A program made the position numbers and the translations under genes. The notes beneath the pieces are model-generated. The model ran no database searches and was not told the origin of the DNA. It was given only the letters and a program-made list of their open reading frames with translations. This document shows positions 12,490 to 23,885 of a stretch of 64,000 nt of DNA, in pieces. Origin of the DNA: Puccinia triticina (Eukaryota); NCBI GenBank assembly GCA_026914245.1, contig CP110440.1, positions 1-64,000 of the forward strand. Reading direction: 5' to 3'. The number at the start of each line of letters is the position of its first letter. Within the stretch, counting starts at the first letter, position 1.

Positions 12490-15400
12490 TTACCTTGTTC
12501 CATATGTTGAATGTCGACTAGTAGGGATGCCGGGATGGAACCCATCGAACTCTAGTGATTCATTATGCGTGGGAACAGGTGAAGGGCCGTAACTGTCGTT
12601 CGGAAGGTGATAAGGCAATCCAACCGTGCTCGCAAATTCAGGAGGGTATTCGTGTGGTGCCGGCGAAGCGGCCCGGCTACCATTTCCGCCTCGTTCCTGG
12701 TAGTGAAAGCTGGGGCGAGGACCATTCTCCAGATATCCTTGAATGTTCAGCTCCTTTTGAAGGACTTGCGCGTTTGAATTTTCCCTTGCGTGTCCCAAGT
12801 TTCCAAGAGATGTTGATGCCAGTGACATTTCGTCATCACCGCGCTCTCGGAGGAACTGTTGTTGAGAGTACATAAGATCGTGCTGGGCGATGGCAGCAAA
12901 TCGTAGCCCGCCTGCGACCGGCTGAGGTCCACCAGGCACAGACTGTTTGTCATCAGATCCACCCGCGTAATTGACTTGTCCAAAATTCGGTTGAGCACCT
13001 GCATTCTTGGCTTCTTCACCGGGATCGCCGATCCGCCCGCGATAGACTTCGGACAAAAGGGACTGATGATCTTTATGGATCATAGGGGTAAACAGTTCGG
13101 CGTGCAGGGAAGGATGTCCGAATCGCTTCATCAGTCGGTTTTTCCGAGCATCCGCGTTGTGCTTGTGCGCCTGCGAGAACTCCGGACCGGTGGGAATGTA
13201 CCACGTAAACTTAGAATCAAAAGTCGTTTTCAAAAAAAACTTGAATGCTATTACGACTGCAAATGGTGGCAACGTTGCGATTGACTTGAACTACAAGGCA
13301 GATTGACAACATCAGCTGTACTGTTTGCATACCTGACATCTGTTACGGAGGGATCTTACCCATCCTAGTTGAAGCCCGATGGTAAGACATAGAAATGCTA
13401 AACGGCGGCAGAATACAGGCGCATTAATGCAGGGTAGTAAAAAGTTGATGGATATATTTGAAAACTGACCGTGCATTGCGCACAGAGCAAACAAGACCCG
13501 ATTGATGAGCATTCTCCATAGTCGCCCCCCACTCTCGCATCTTGTGATAGATATGTACATCAGCTGGTATTTGTAAATCCACGAGCTAGCAAAAAAGGCA
13601 GCAGAGGCTAGAAGAGGAACAAGCGGTGCAAGCGGTGCATCTATGGATGCAACAAGGTCAAATCTTGGTTTTTCACATAGCAGAGAAATATGCAAACACT
13701 ACTCTACTTACAAACAAAGGCTACTAGTAGCATGAGGAGTACGTTTGCAGAATATACCGAATAGTCGAACTCAGGGGGCTTAGTCCATTCCCGTATTTCT
13801 CGAGGTGTGCGACCCCATACTTTGGTCCGGATAAAGACTAACAGCAAGGATACGATTTGAACAAGATCCAGCACAGATGTAAATCCTCGCAAAGGGAACC
13901 AAGTTAACCAATAACTGAATGAAAACAAGATGAGCAAGGGACTGCCTGGCAAGAGAATTAATCGGAGCTGGAAGGTTAGATATACTGACTTGGATTGTTG
14001 AAGATAAGTGCTTTGAATTTTGTCGGGCAGCTTGTTAAAATTTTGAAGAATGCGGGCAAAACTTTCTTTTTTTCCCACTTCGACGACCACCTCTGCAACT
14101 GTAGAAAACACGACACCCTGGTGGTTCGAAAGAAAGAACAAATCGAGCATCAGCTTCTGATAACAGCTGTACAGAAGTAGATACTACAAATGATTGCACC
14201 AACCAACAATGAGAAAATGAGAAACTGGGTGGCGGTCAGGAAGGCGAAATATCTGGAGAATACTGCACGATCTAACTTTTGATGAGTGGTGGCCGCTTGG
14301 AACCTTGCAAGCGCTCTCATGATCACAGGCAGCGCCAATTGGAGTAGAGTGCTCAGAAGAGGTGGGGCAATGCCGGCAAAAGCGGAAAAGGTTTCAGGAC
14401 TTGCTATTGACCATGAGTTCAGAAACCCAACATATTGAGTCAAACTTGCTAGATTGGCCAGCAGGGCAAGTGCCACCAGGGGTATCACGTATAATGTGGC
14501 AATGACAGTCATGAAAGCCTCTCCAATGACCCGTTGACGAAAAACTACGATGTCCGATTTAGTGAGGTTTTCCCAAATGATGTCCTGCGGTGGCGGTGCT
14601 AGAGAGAATGCAACTCCCTTGATCCGTTTAGCTCCAAGTTTCTTGGCCACCACGTGCGCATAGGCAACTGCTGCAAAAGATGCAAACCCATAACTACCCA
14701 CAAGGAAACATGATGTCAGAAAAGATGTGGATAAATTCACATGAATTCAAAATTTACTTTTCCGGTTTACGAGCTGAAATAGCATCACGGGCAGCTTGAA
14801 TCCTGAGTTCGTATTGTTTGATCTTCGCAGTGTAGAAATCGATCGCATCGACTTTTCGACCTCCAAAGCCCAAGAAGCTTTTACCAATTCGAGTTGTGGG
14901 CCGGCTCGCAGAGATCTTGCCGCCCTTGAGATATGTGACCAAAACCTGCTCAAGATCACGTACGGTTTGATTGTGACGCTCGATCAAAAATGCAAGCATC
15001 CCGACCCGACGGCCAATGTGGACGGCTGTAGTTGGGTAAGGAATTTGAAGTTGCGAAAGCAACGTCTGTAAGCCGGGATCAGACATATGCTTCGAGCCTG
15101 TAAATTATAAGTGAAAAAGTGCGTAATATTTCAGATAAAAATCCCAGAACAACCAGTTGCCATTTTCCTTTTTACGCACCAACATGTGTCATCATGATCG
15201 AACGTGCGTATATGGCGTTTTGATACTCAGGACTTCTAAACCACTGCCATCGTAGGCGGACGACCGTTTTGTAGTTGACGTAAATGACGTAAAGCACGAT
15301 AAAAGTGACGAGGTAACCATATACAACATGGACATATAGGAAACTGTGAATCGAAACAAATGCCAGCCAGAAATAAAAATTTACTCAAATTGTTCATCAA

Positions 15401-16035
15401 TAAGCTCAGTCAGAAATAAAAAAGGGGGGCTTACGATCCACGAACATTGCTGATGCTCACCATAGCAAGCGTGTTAGATGAAGTACTAAGAAACTGTGAC
15501 TTGTCCATGATCTTCAGATTATAGATGACATCGCAAGGAATTAAGATTGCGCAGGCCAGCATAGCGAGCAAACTGCACATCCATCGACACATCCGTAAGA
15601 ATCGCAAGAATACGACGGCATCCAAACCAATCTGGGCCAGTAGTTCGTCTTCGGTAGCTTTCGCCAGTGGCTTCAGCCAAGCAAAAAGACCATCTTCCAA
15701 CTTCGGGGGTCGCTTGTCTTCGGCACTATACTTGTAGCGTGGCATGTAAACGATCTTGTTTTTGGGACGTAGAATGGAGAATGCTAAGAGAGTTCCCAGC
15801 GAACAAAGAAACATAAGAACTATAACGTTACAACAAAGACTCAGTTAGTGATGCGGTGTATGTTTGATGAATACGGGTATAGGAAGCAGCAAAAAAAGGA
15901 AAAAAGATAGCCAAGTAGGAGCATCTCACCTAGTTGGATCAAAACAGAACTTGTCGAGACCTGGGTAAGTTTAGCTTGATATTGGGAAAGAAGCCCTGAG
16001 GCAGCCGAGCCAGCTGCGGTATCAGTGGAAGACAT
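12490..16035 (-). CDS. CSC1/OSCA/TMEM63 (DUF221) calcium-permeable stress-gated channel, multi-exon
   Basis: Exons give FSILRPKNKIVYMPRYK, GLDAVVFLRFLRM, KVDAIDFY, APPPQDIIWENL, PPEFDY and YKYQLMY..ESGGRLW. First intron joins in frame (G|GTGAG...TAG|TT). The exact 3' end may include a further small exon. Confidence 0.9.
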
Positions 16036-16654
16036 TGCGTTCGTGACAGCCGGAGTAGTGAGATAAATCGTTGAGCACGGGGGGGTCGAAGAAGCCGGTA
16101 CGAAAGTTGTTGGTGATAGGACTGGAGGCGAACTTAACAAAGTCCCTCCGAGGAGGTCGCGTTCGCGCGAACTCCGCAGGAGGGACTTGCCCGCAAGCGG
16201 TGATCTTTGGCGCAGGAGGAACTTGATTTTTCGAGAAAATCCCCCTTTTTTCAGTAATCCTCATTTTCTCCCTCATCTGACCAAATCTTTTCTCACTTCT
16301 TTCATTCCATGAAAGTTCTCCATATTGCCAAGGGAACCCCATCTTCGAAAGTGTCCTTATTTTGTTTCTTCTTTGTGTAATAAAAGCAACAATCCATCCA
16401 ACCTCCTCCTGAGGAGGAGGCCGGGTGATAAATCCGTAGAGCGCCCTCGGTTCTTTTTTTTACTCTCAAGGTTACACAACCAATTGGCACACGGTCATGA
16501 AGTTCTCATCGACTTGGAAGTTGGGATTGAATTGTTTTCATATCCAAGTTCGGCCACCTCCGAAGACTAATCATCCTGATCCAGCGGACAGCTCGGCCGA
16601 GCGGTAAATTGTAGCCCAACAACCCTTGCCAAGGCAGACCCCATTTCAAGCAAG

Positions 16655-17210
16655 ATGGAGCCTCACCTTCCAATACTCCACACGCTTCACGAAAAAATCA
16701 TTCACATCTGTGATGTCATTCAGAACCACGAGCTCACTCCCAAAAAGTTATAGGAAGGGCTTCTCACTCACAAGCATCCAGAAATTGTAATCAAGCGGAG
16801 TGTGTGGCGCGGCTCTAGAGGCATCGATTCTACATTTGAAATCATTGATTTCATCCGCGACCTGGTCTGTTCAAAACCTGAAGGTCGATCATTGTGGCGC
16901 AATTATATCTTGTCCCAAGTGAGTTTCAGCTTGAGTCCTACACTAGGTTATTGGGGATGAGGATCTATTAATCTGTAAAATGTAGGCAAAGGAATGCTTG
17001 AATGAAGAAGGGAACCGATATGGCGAGTACAAGAAAGGCCCGTATCACAGCTCTTCAACAGTGACTCCAGTTTTTTTCAGCTGCAAATCAAAGGCAATGC
17101 GAGAAAACGCTGTGGCTGAGAATGAAATGCCATTCTTGTACGATCTTGTTGAATCCCGGCTCACGCGCACCACCGGTATGGATACGGATGCCGACGACGA
17201 CCACTTTTCT
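16655..17210 (+). pseudogene. N-terminal fragment of a rust TE protein (Academ/DUF6589-type transposase-like)
   Basis: ATG 16655, in-frame TAG at 16751, intron 16919-16985, reading KIIHICDVIQNHELTPKK...EMPFLYDLV. Family is assigned from recollection only. Confidence 0.45.
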
Positions 17211-18227
17211 TGACGGTGACCGGACCGCTAGGGGAGGTCACCCAGGTCCAAGCACGCGAGCTTGGGGAACAGGCCAGACCGGGGGTGTAGGAGAGCACAG
17301 GGACAAGGCCCGTGCCCCTTTCACGCGTGCGACTCCCGAGCAGATTCAGTTTAGGTTATAACCTAAAACCTCTTCCCTACCCCACCAAGAGCTTCAACCT
17401 CCAAACTCCCTCCTGCAGTGCCGTCTCAAGGTTTTCCTCTCTCAGTCAACTCATTTTTTCCTTTATTCCTTCTTTCGTCCTTTTCAAAATCTTCTTCTTT
17501 CTAAACACCATAGCGTTTTCAACATGGTTGACGAAATGGTAAAACGAGCAACTCGTGAATTGGCGTAGAAACAACCGGCGACGGGAGGAGCAATAGTAGG
17601 CGTGGAGAGAGCGAGTGCGACCCTTGGTTTACCTGAAGAAGACGATTTAAGTGGTAACTCGGGTGGTTAGTCACATTTTTGCAACCTAAGTTATTGGCTT
17701 GCATATTGATAGAGGCCCAAGTTGTTGGCTTGCGTTCACGACATGGAGAAATTCTAATTAGAACAATCTGTTTATCAGATTCGCGTGTGGATCGCAAGAC
17801 TAGAAACAATGACCGTGAGTTTTGAGGAAGTTTGGAAACTTCATCAAACGGTTAGTTATCCTTAATAACTCCCTCAGTAGCCTAAGTTGTTGGCATGCTT
17901 ATTGTTGTCATCGTTTATGATGTTCATCGTTTTGATGATGTCCTTATGCTAGATATGCGTCACAAGAACAATAATCGTGATGGTACCCGACAGGTCATCA
18001 ATGAAAACACAGACAGCAATGATAGTGATGCTTTTAAAGGTTAGCCCTCTAAGTCGAGGAGTGGCAATAATAATTATAGGGAATACTTATGTATCAAACG
18101 TGATGGTTTATCAGAAATTCCAGGACCAATTGAATCCGTTGATAAGTCTGCTGAGGCGATAGCAGCCAAGTACAAAGCAATAATTTCAAGTGTTCCCCAA
18201 GTTGGGCTCGGAGGATCGGAGGTTTGG

Positions 18228-18908
18228 GTGACGAGAGGCGACGTCAACGCTACAATCCCATCAATTGCAATTGATGATCCTGTGGATACTCCGGCAACTC
18301 ACAATCGTCCGGACGTTGGATCTCTCAGCTTGGTGAAATCAGATAAAGGGATGATGTGGGAAAAAGTAGCCGAAGCGGTGGCAAAAGGCGATAAACAAAA
18401 CGCGGATTTTTTCTATAGGATGTACAACAAGATGTCTGATCCTTCTTCCAATTTGGCAAAAGATCAATCATCTGGAGAAGTCACAAGTGATTGTTTGAAT
18501 GTGTCAAAACCCGTGATTGCGAGATCAAAGTTGACAGATGGCAACAGTCCCTCTTCTAACACTGCTAAAAGAGACAAAACAACCATCGTTTTTATCAAAG
18601 GATTGCTCCCAAAACATTTTGATGTGGGCTTTACTCCGTTTTTCGACAAGAACATCCGTGAATTCAGAGGGCCCTTACCTTTGACCATCTTTGACAAAGA
18701 TTGGCAAGAGGGTGTGATTCAAGCGCATACAACTAAGCAATCCAGGTCTGATGAGAAGGACAGTAGTTACCCCGGATACAATTATCCTAACGAATGGACT
18801 CAAACATTTGCGAAGTGGACCTCTAACCACAGAGATTTCTATAGGACGTACAAAGATCTTTACAACTTCCCAGAGTTTGCGGAATGTATCTTACAACATA
18901 AAGCTGAC
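18228..18908 (+). pseudogene. Truncated repetitive rust ORF, probable gag of a tyrosine-recombinase (DIRS/Ngaro) retroelement
   Basis: GFTPFFDKNIREFRGPLPLTIFDKDWQ...YPNEWTQTF motif. It ends abruptly against the opposite-strand helicase fragment. Confidence 0.4.
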
Positions 18909-20191
18909 CGCCTTGGGGGTGAGGATTCTGCAGTTTGAGCACTTGCAAGGTGTAAAGCGTACATAAACTTCTCATGCCATCTCTTGTTTGACGTTAGGGT
19001 CCTCATTAGACAGAGGGAGGTAAACCAACCTTCATCAAAACACAGTCAGTTGAACTCTTCATTAAACCCCCAGTAATCCATCAAACTCACATGTTATCAA
19101 TTGCAAAACAGACACGCAGACAAACAGGAGTGATGGCGAGTGCATCCATGCGGTCATCATTGTTTTGGACCTTGTGATTGGTAAAGTCGGCAACATTGTT
19201 CTTGCCATTCCGTCTGACCAGCTCAATAAACAAAATTGCTAGACCTCATTGCTGCCATGTCCGCATTGCCCGATCATTTGAAAAGTTGTTGCTGGATCGC
19301 CATGCCCAACATGAACAACCCTTTGGACCCAGGACCGAATCTGACCTAGGCCTAGCGCCATCGTACTTGAAATTACCGGTGTGGTGAACAAGACGGTGGA
19401 GGCCCTCAAGGAGGCTAAACTCAAGACATCAAGCCCTCCCAGGATCTGGCCCTTCCAGCTCGAGGCTCTGGCTTTCTGCGTTTCAGGATCAAGACGGCGG
19501 ATACTGGTCGTGGCTTTCATTTCTGCTGGGTTGCTCTCATGTTATCTACTTGTTTCCCTTCCCTACTTGATTCTTTCTGTCTTCTTTTCTTATCTTCTTT
19601 CTTTCTTATGTTTTGTTGCTATGTTTACTTTCTTTTTTTTCTTTTCATTCATGCGCGCGTTGGAGAGGAGTGTAGGTGGTGGGTTGGTTTATTTAGTAGC
19701 CTTGTTTTGTTTGTTTTGTTCTTTTGTCTCATTTCTTCTTTCATATCATCACAAGTTGTATGCGCGCGGCGGGCACGAGGGCCTGTCGCGCAGCCTGTCG
19801 CGGATCTGGAATCCAAGTTCAGCCAAACTTGGAGGATGGATCCGCATGGTATTCTGCTTCCGACGAAAAGATATCATCATGTTTTTGAGCTTATTGATCC
19901 GGATCGTGAAGATCCTTCCTGAGACTTCCAAGTTATCTCTTTTCCCAAGCTTTCAAATCCAACGATATACTTCCTGAATCTATTAAGAGAACACTTAAAG
20001 AGCTTAACAACCACACTCGCCAAGGGCAATCCAACTCCCTCGTTCTGTCCATCTCACACAAAATCCTCTCCCATACTGCTATCCATATTCTCGATTCTTA
20101 GCGCTCACCAGATCCGGACCTTTCGAAGAGGGCAGCTGAAGCACTTTCCCCTCAACCCGCTGTCTACCGCGCACAGGTAGAAGCGCCATAT

Positions 20192-20242
20192 TGGTCCCCC
20201 GAGCCGGGATCAAACCAGCGACCTCAAGATTTACAGTCTCGC
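20192..20242 (+). other. Extended primer-binding site: antisense copy of mature tRNA-Tyr(GTA) nt 26-76
   Basis: Reverse complement reads G CGAGA CTGTAAA TCTTG AGGTC GCTGG TTTGATC CCGGC TCGGGGG A CCA. Anticodon and T stems pair, there is no intron, and CCA is present. Confidence 0.88.
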
Positions 20243-20539
20243 CTCAGGATTTTGAGACGGACTAGTGGTCTTAGGGCGGATTTGGTTTCTTGAGATTTCT
20301 TTGAAGGCGTTTTAGGATCCTTGTTTTAGGATCAAGATCAACCCAAACTTCCTCGGTCTCTTTCGGTTATTGCTTTCATTTTTTTTAGTTTTTCAGCCGC
20401 GGGGCACAGGAGAGCTATAAGGAAGTCCCCTCCATTGTGCACCTCTAGGGTTTTCTACACTTGTCAAAAGCATCACCCGCCACGCTGTGAGCCGCCCTTT
20501 GTTGTTCCGCTTTTGCCTTAATCTAGTGGATCCAGCGCG

Positions 20540-22843
20540 ATGGTCAAAATCAAGTCGCCAAACAAGCGGCTATGTTTTGACGGAACTAAGGTTGAGAGGT
20601 TTATTGAAACCTACGAAATGGTGGCGAGTCTGGATGAGGCGACAGAGCTGGATATGGCGAAGCAAATACGGTTATTCCTGGCAAACAATGAGTTGTTGGA
20701 CATCCTCAAGACGTTGGATGGTTTCAGCCCTCCCAATTGGCCAAAGCTGAAGTCAGCCATGATCGCGTATTGGGGAAAGGTGGACACTGCGCGGTTTACG
20801 ACGAGAGACTTGACGTCCCTAGTGACTGATTGGTCGTCGAAAGGAGGTGTGGCTACGGCAGAAGACTATCAGGCTTTCCGTCAGTCATGGGAGCCGATAC
20901 AGTCTTATCTTTTGTCCAAAGCGCATATTGATTCCGTGGAAGAAATCCGCAACTCCTACTATCAGTCTTTCTCGTCGATGGTTCAGGATGAGATCAGGCG
21001 TAAACTAGTTCGGGATAGGACTATGGTGACCACTCTTGATAACCGGTTTAAATTGCCAACTTTCCAGATTCTTAAGGAAGCCGTGGATGCAGTCATGAAG
21101 GAACAGACCGCGCTCACGTTCGAAGAGTCGAAGACCAGCCGACCTGTGGCGCCGTCTCAGTTCCTGGACGGTAACTCGGTGATGAGAAAGATGGGCGAGG
21201 AGAGGCGGCCTAGAGAAGCTCCTGCCGTGCCGAAACCTGCGCCGGATATGGACGAGCTGTTGAAGTTATTTGAGGCTTTCGAGCAGCGGATTGACCAGAA
21301 GATCGCGGCAATACCCGCTAAGCCGTCGCAGCCGTCGGGCACGAGACCGCCTATGGTGTTCTTTTACTGTCATCGTGAAGGGCATGGGACCAAGAGCTGT
21401 TTTGAGCTCCAGAAAGACAAGGAGGAGAAGCTCGTCGAACAGAAAGGCACGAACTTTTTCCTGCCAAACGGCGCGCTTATTCCCTGGGATTCTAGCCGAC
21501 CCATTCAACACGTTGTGGCTTCCTTTCCCTCTCCGCGCGTGAATCAGGCAACCGCGGAACCTTTGGGAGAGTATAAGGCGGGGTGCGGCTCCCTTCAACA
21601 GTGGTACCCACCCGCAGTTTCTTCCCAGTCGTTCTCAAGCGCGTATGAGGCGGATCCGGCTGGCAGGAAGCGTCACAAAGACCCTAAACTTTATAAGGCT
21701 CCTTCTGTTCCTAGTAGTGCGGCTAAGCAACCAATCAGGCGCACTCCAGTCCCGAAGGAATCCCAAGAAACGCAGACGATGGAGGAGGAACCAGAGCTCT
21801 TTGAGCGTGGTTCTGGCGACGCACAGAAGGAATCAGATTCACGTCCAGATACACCGTCTCAGGCGGTGAAGCCTGTCGGCCCAAAGGTCCGTTTTGAGCG
21901 GGACGTTGCTCGTGACCATCCTAATGCTGTCAATGGTGCGCTGAAGAAGATATTTGACTTGCCCGTGCCCCACATGACCGTGGCGGAGTTGCTCGCTCTA
22001 GCGCCTACCGTCGCAGAGGGTGTAAAAAAATGGGTGTCGCGAAGGCGCGTGGAAGTTGGCGCGGAAGAGCTCAAGGTTCACTCTGGCACTCTAGCCGAGG
22101 GAGACGAAGTACGGGATTTGGGGGCGGATCTAAATCTTTACTCCTGCCCGCTAGGTTATCTGTCTTGTCTCATAGGTGTTGAAGGGAACAAGGGATGAAT
22201 ACTGAAGTTCACAGACAAACAGTCTTGTGACACTCAGGAGTGAGAGAAAGATATGGTTCTGATTCACTAGGGGAAGAAACTCCTAGAACAACTCAGTATA
22301 GACTATATACACGTTGTTAGTGTTATGGATTGAAGCATACTACATAATGGATATAAGCATATCTCAACAATAGGCGATGGAGAAACTCCAGCAAAGCCAC
22401 TTATTGATTCTGGTTCCCAGCTTAATTTGATATCCGACACAATGGCAAATCAGTTTAACTTGACTCCGAGAGTTAACTTTCAGTCTGCGGTCTATGGTAT
22501 CAATAACCAGGCCTGCGAATTGATAGGTGTGGCTGAGGATGTCCCGATTTGCGTCGGAAAAACTATCGATAGGACTTGTCACTTTTGGATCACGCGCAAT
22601 GACGGACTCCTGATCTTGGGTCGTCCTTTTCTGATGGACGTGGCAGCCACCCTCTCTTTCAACCCGCAATCCGGCGAGAAGATTATCATCCCAGATGCCA
22701 GTGGTCGCGACATCGAGTTATTGCTGTGTTCAACTGGGTCCGGGCGATGGGAACGTGAATTCCCTGGTCAGGGATGCAAGGGGGTGCTGGCGCACGTGGC
22801 GCGGCTTCCCAACGATTCTAACAAGGATCATCCTTTTTTATGA
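20540..22843 (+). pseudogene. gag-protease of Gypsy B, interrupted by a solo LTR
   Basis: FDGTKVERFIETYE, degenerate knuckle FFYCHREGHGTKSC, LIDSGSQLN...ILGRPFL. Continuous frame once 22177-22374 is removed. Confidence 0.9.
22177..22369. mobile_element. Solo LTR (193 bp), probably Copia-type
   Basis: TGTTGA...TCAACA termini with a perfect 5-bp TSD ATAGG (22172-22176, 22370-22374). Confidence 0.9.
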
Positions 22844-23885
22844 GCTCTGCTGGTTCGATTTACGGCGGTCTTAATTTAGGTCCTCGCAGTCTTGCCGTTG
22901 AATCAGCTCAAACTTTAGAGGATCATCGGCCCGCTTTCCCAATTTCATCATTCTTTCTTGATCAGCAAAATAGAAAACCCAAAAAACATTTCAAGATACT
23001 CAAAACCATCAAAAAGAAAATCTCAGCTCGATTTCAGTTCAGTTTTCAATCTCAAGTGTACATTAGACAAGGTGCAGCGGAGGAGGATACTGGAATTCCG
23101 CGGAGGCAAACTGAAGCAAAAGTAAGTCCTCCCAGTTTATGCACCTCCAGGGTATCTAATACCTTTGTGAAAACCCTGCCTCGTGCCACTCTTGTGAGCC
23201 GTCCCTATTCGCCCGCCTCTGCTTGCAGATCTCAGAAACTGCTTTTGACGGATTCAACTCGCCATGAAGATAAGAAATTATCCGTGTTTCACCTCAAAGA
23301 GGACTCAGCTCTTCATAAGGAACCCTCTGCGCTCTCTCAGCTCTTGTTTCAGGAAGCTTTACACGATTGTCTCCGTAACGAGAATAAACTTCTTAAGCTC
23401 CACGATGAGGGTAAACTCGTGCTACTCCGCAACGAGCCTAAACTAGTACCGCTCCGCAATGGGCATAAACTTCCTTTGCCCTGTAGGGAGTATGATCCGG
23501 AAAGCCTCCGCAAAGAGGGTAAACTAGCCCATACAACGGATATGGGGTACAATGTACCGCTCCGCAACGAGCTTAAACTATGTTCACATCAAGTACGCGG
23601 CGAGGGAGGCATGGTGTTTTTTGGGCCATCGTGGAGGGCATTTGGGGTAAAAGTAAGTTCCCACCAATATGCACCTCCGAGGCGTGATGCTCCGTTGTTT
23701 TAGAAAACCCTGCCCCGTGCCACATACGTGAGCAAAGAACTTTCTTTTGGATTTTCTTTCTCAGACAAGGCGGTTTTCGAAGACCTGTCGGAGCATCGGA
23801 CCTCTCTTCTTGTGGAAGCTGGACTCAGGCATAAGGCGCAGGTTGCCTTGGCGGAATCTTGGTGCAGCGGCGACTACTGACTTTC

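Noticed and set aside
20192..20242. Functional tRNA-Tyr gene
   Set aside because: Lacks nt 1-25 (no A box or D arm), has encoded CCA and no intron, and sits at the PBS position.
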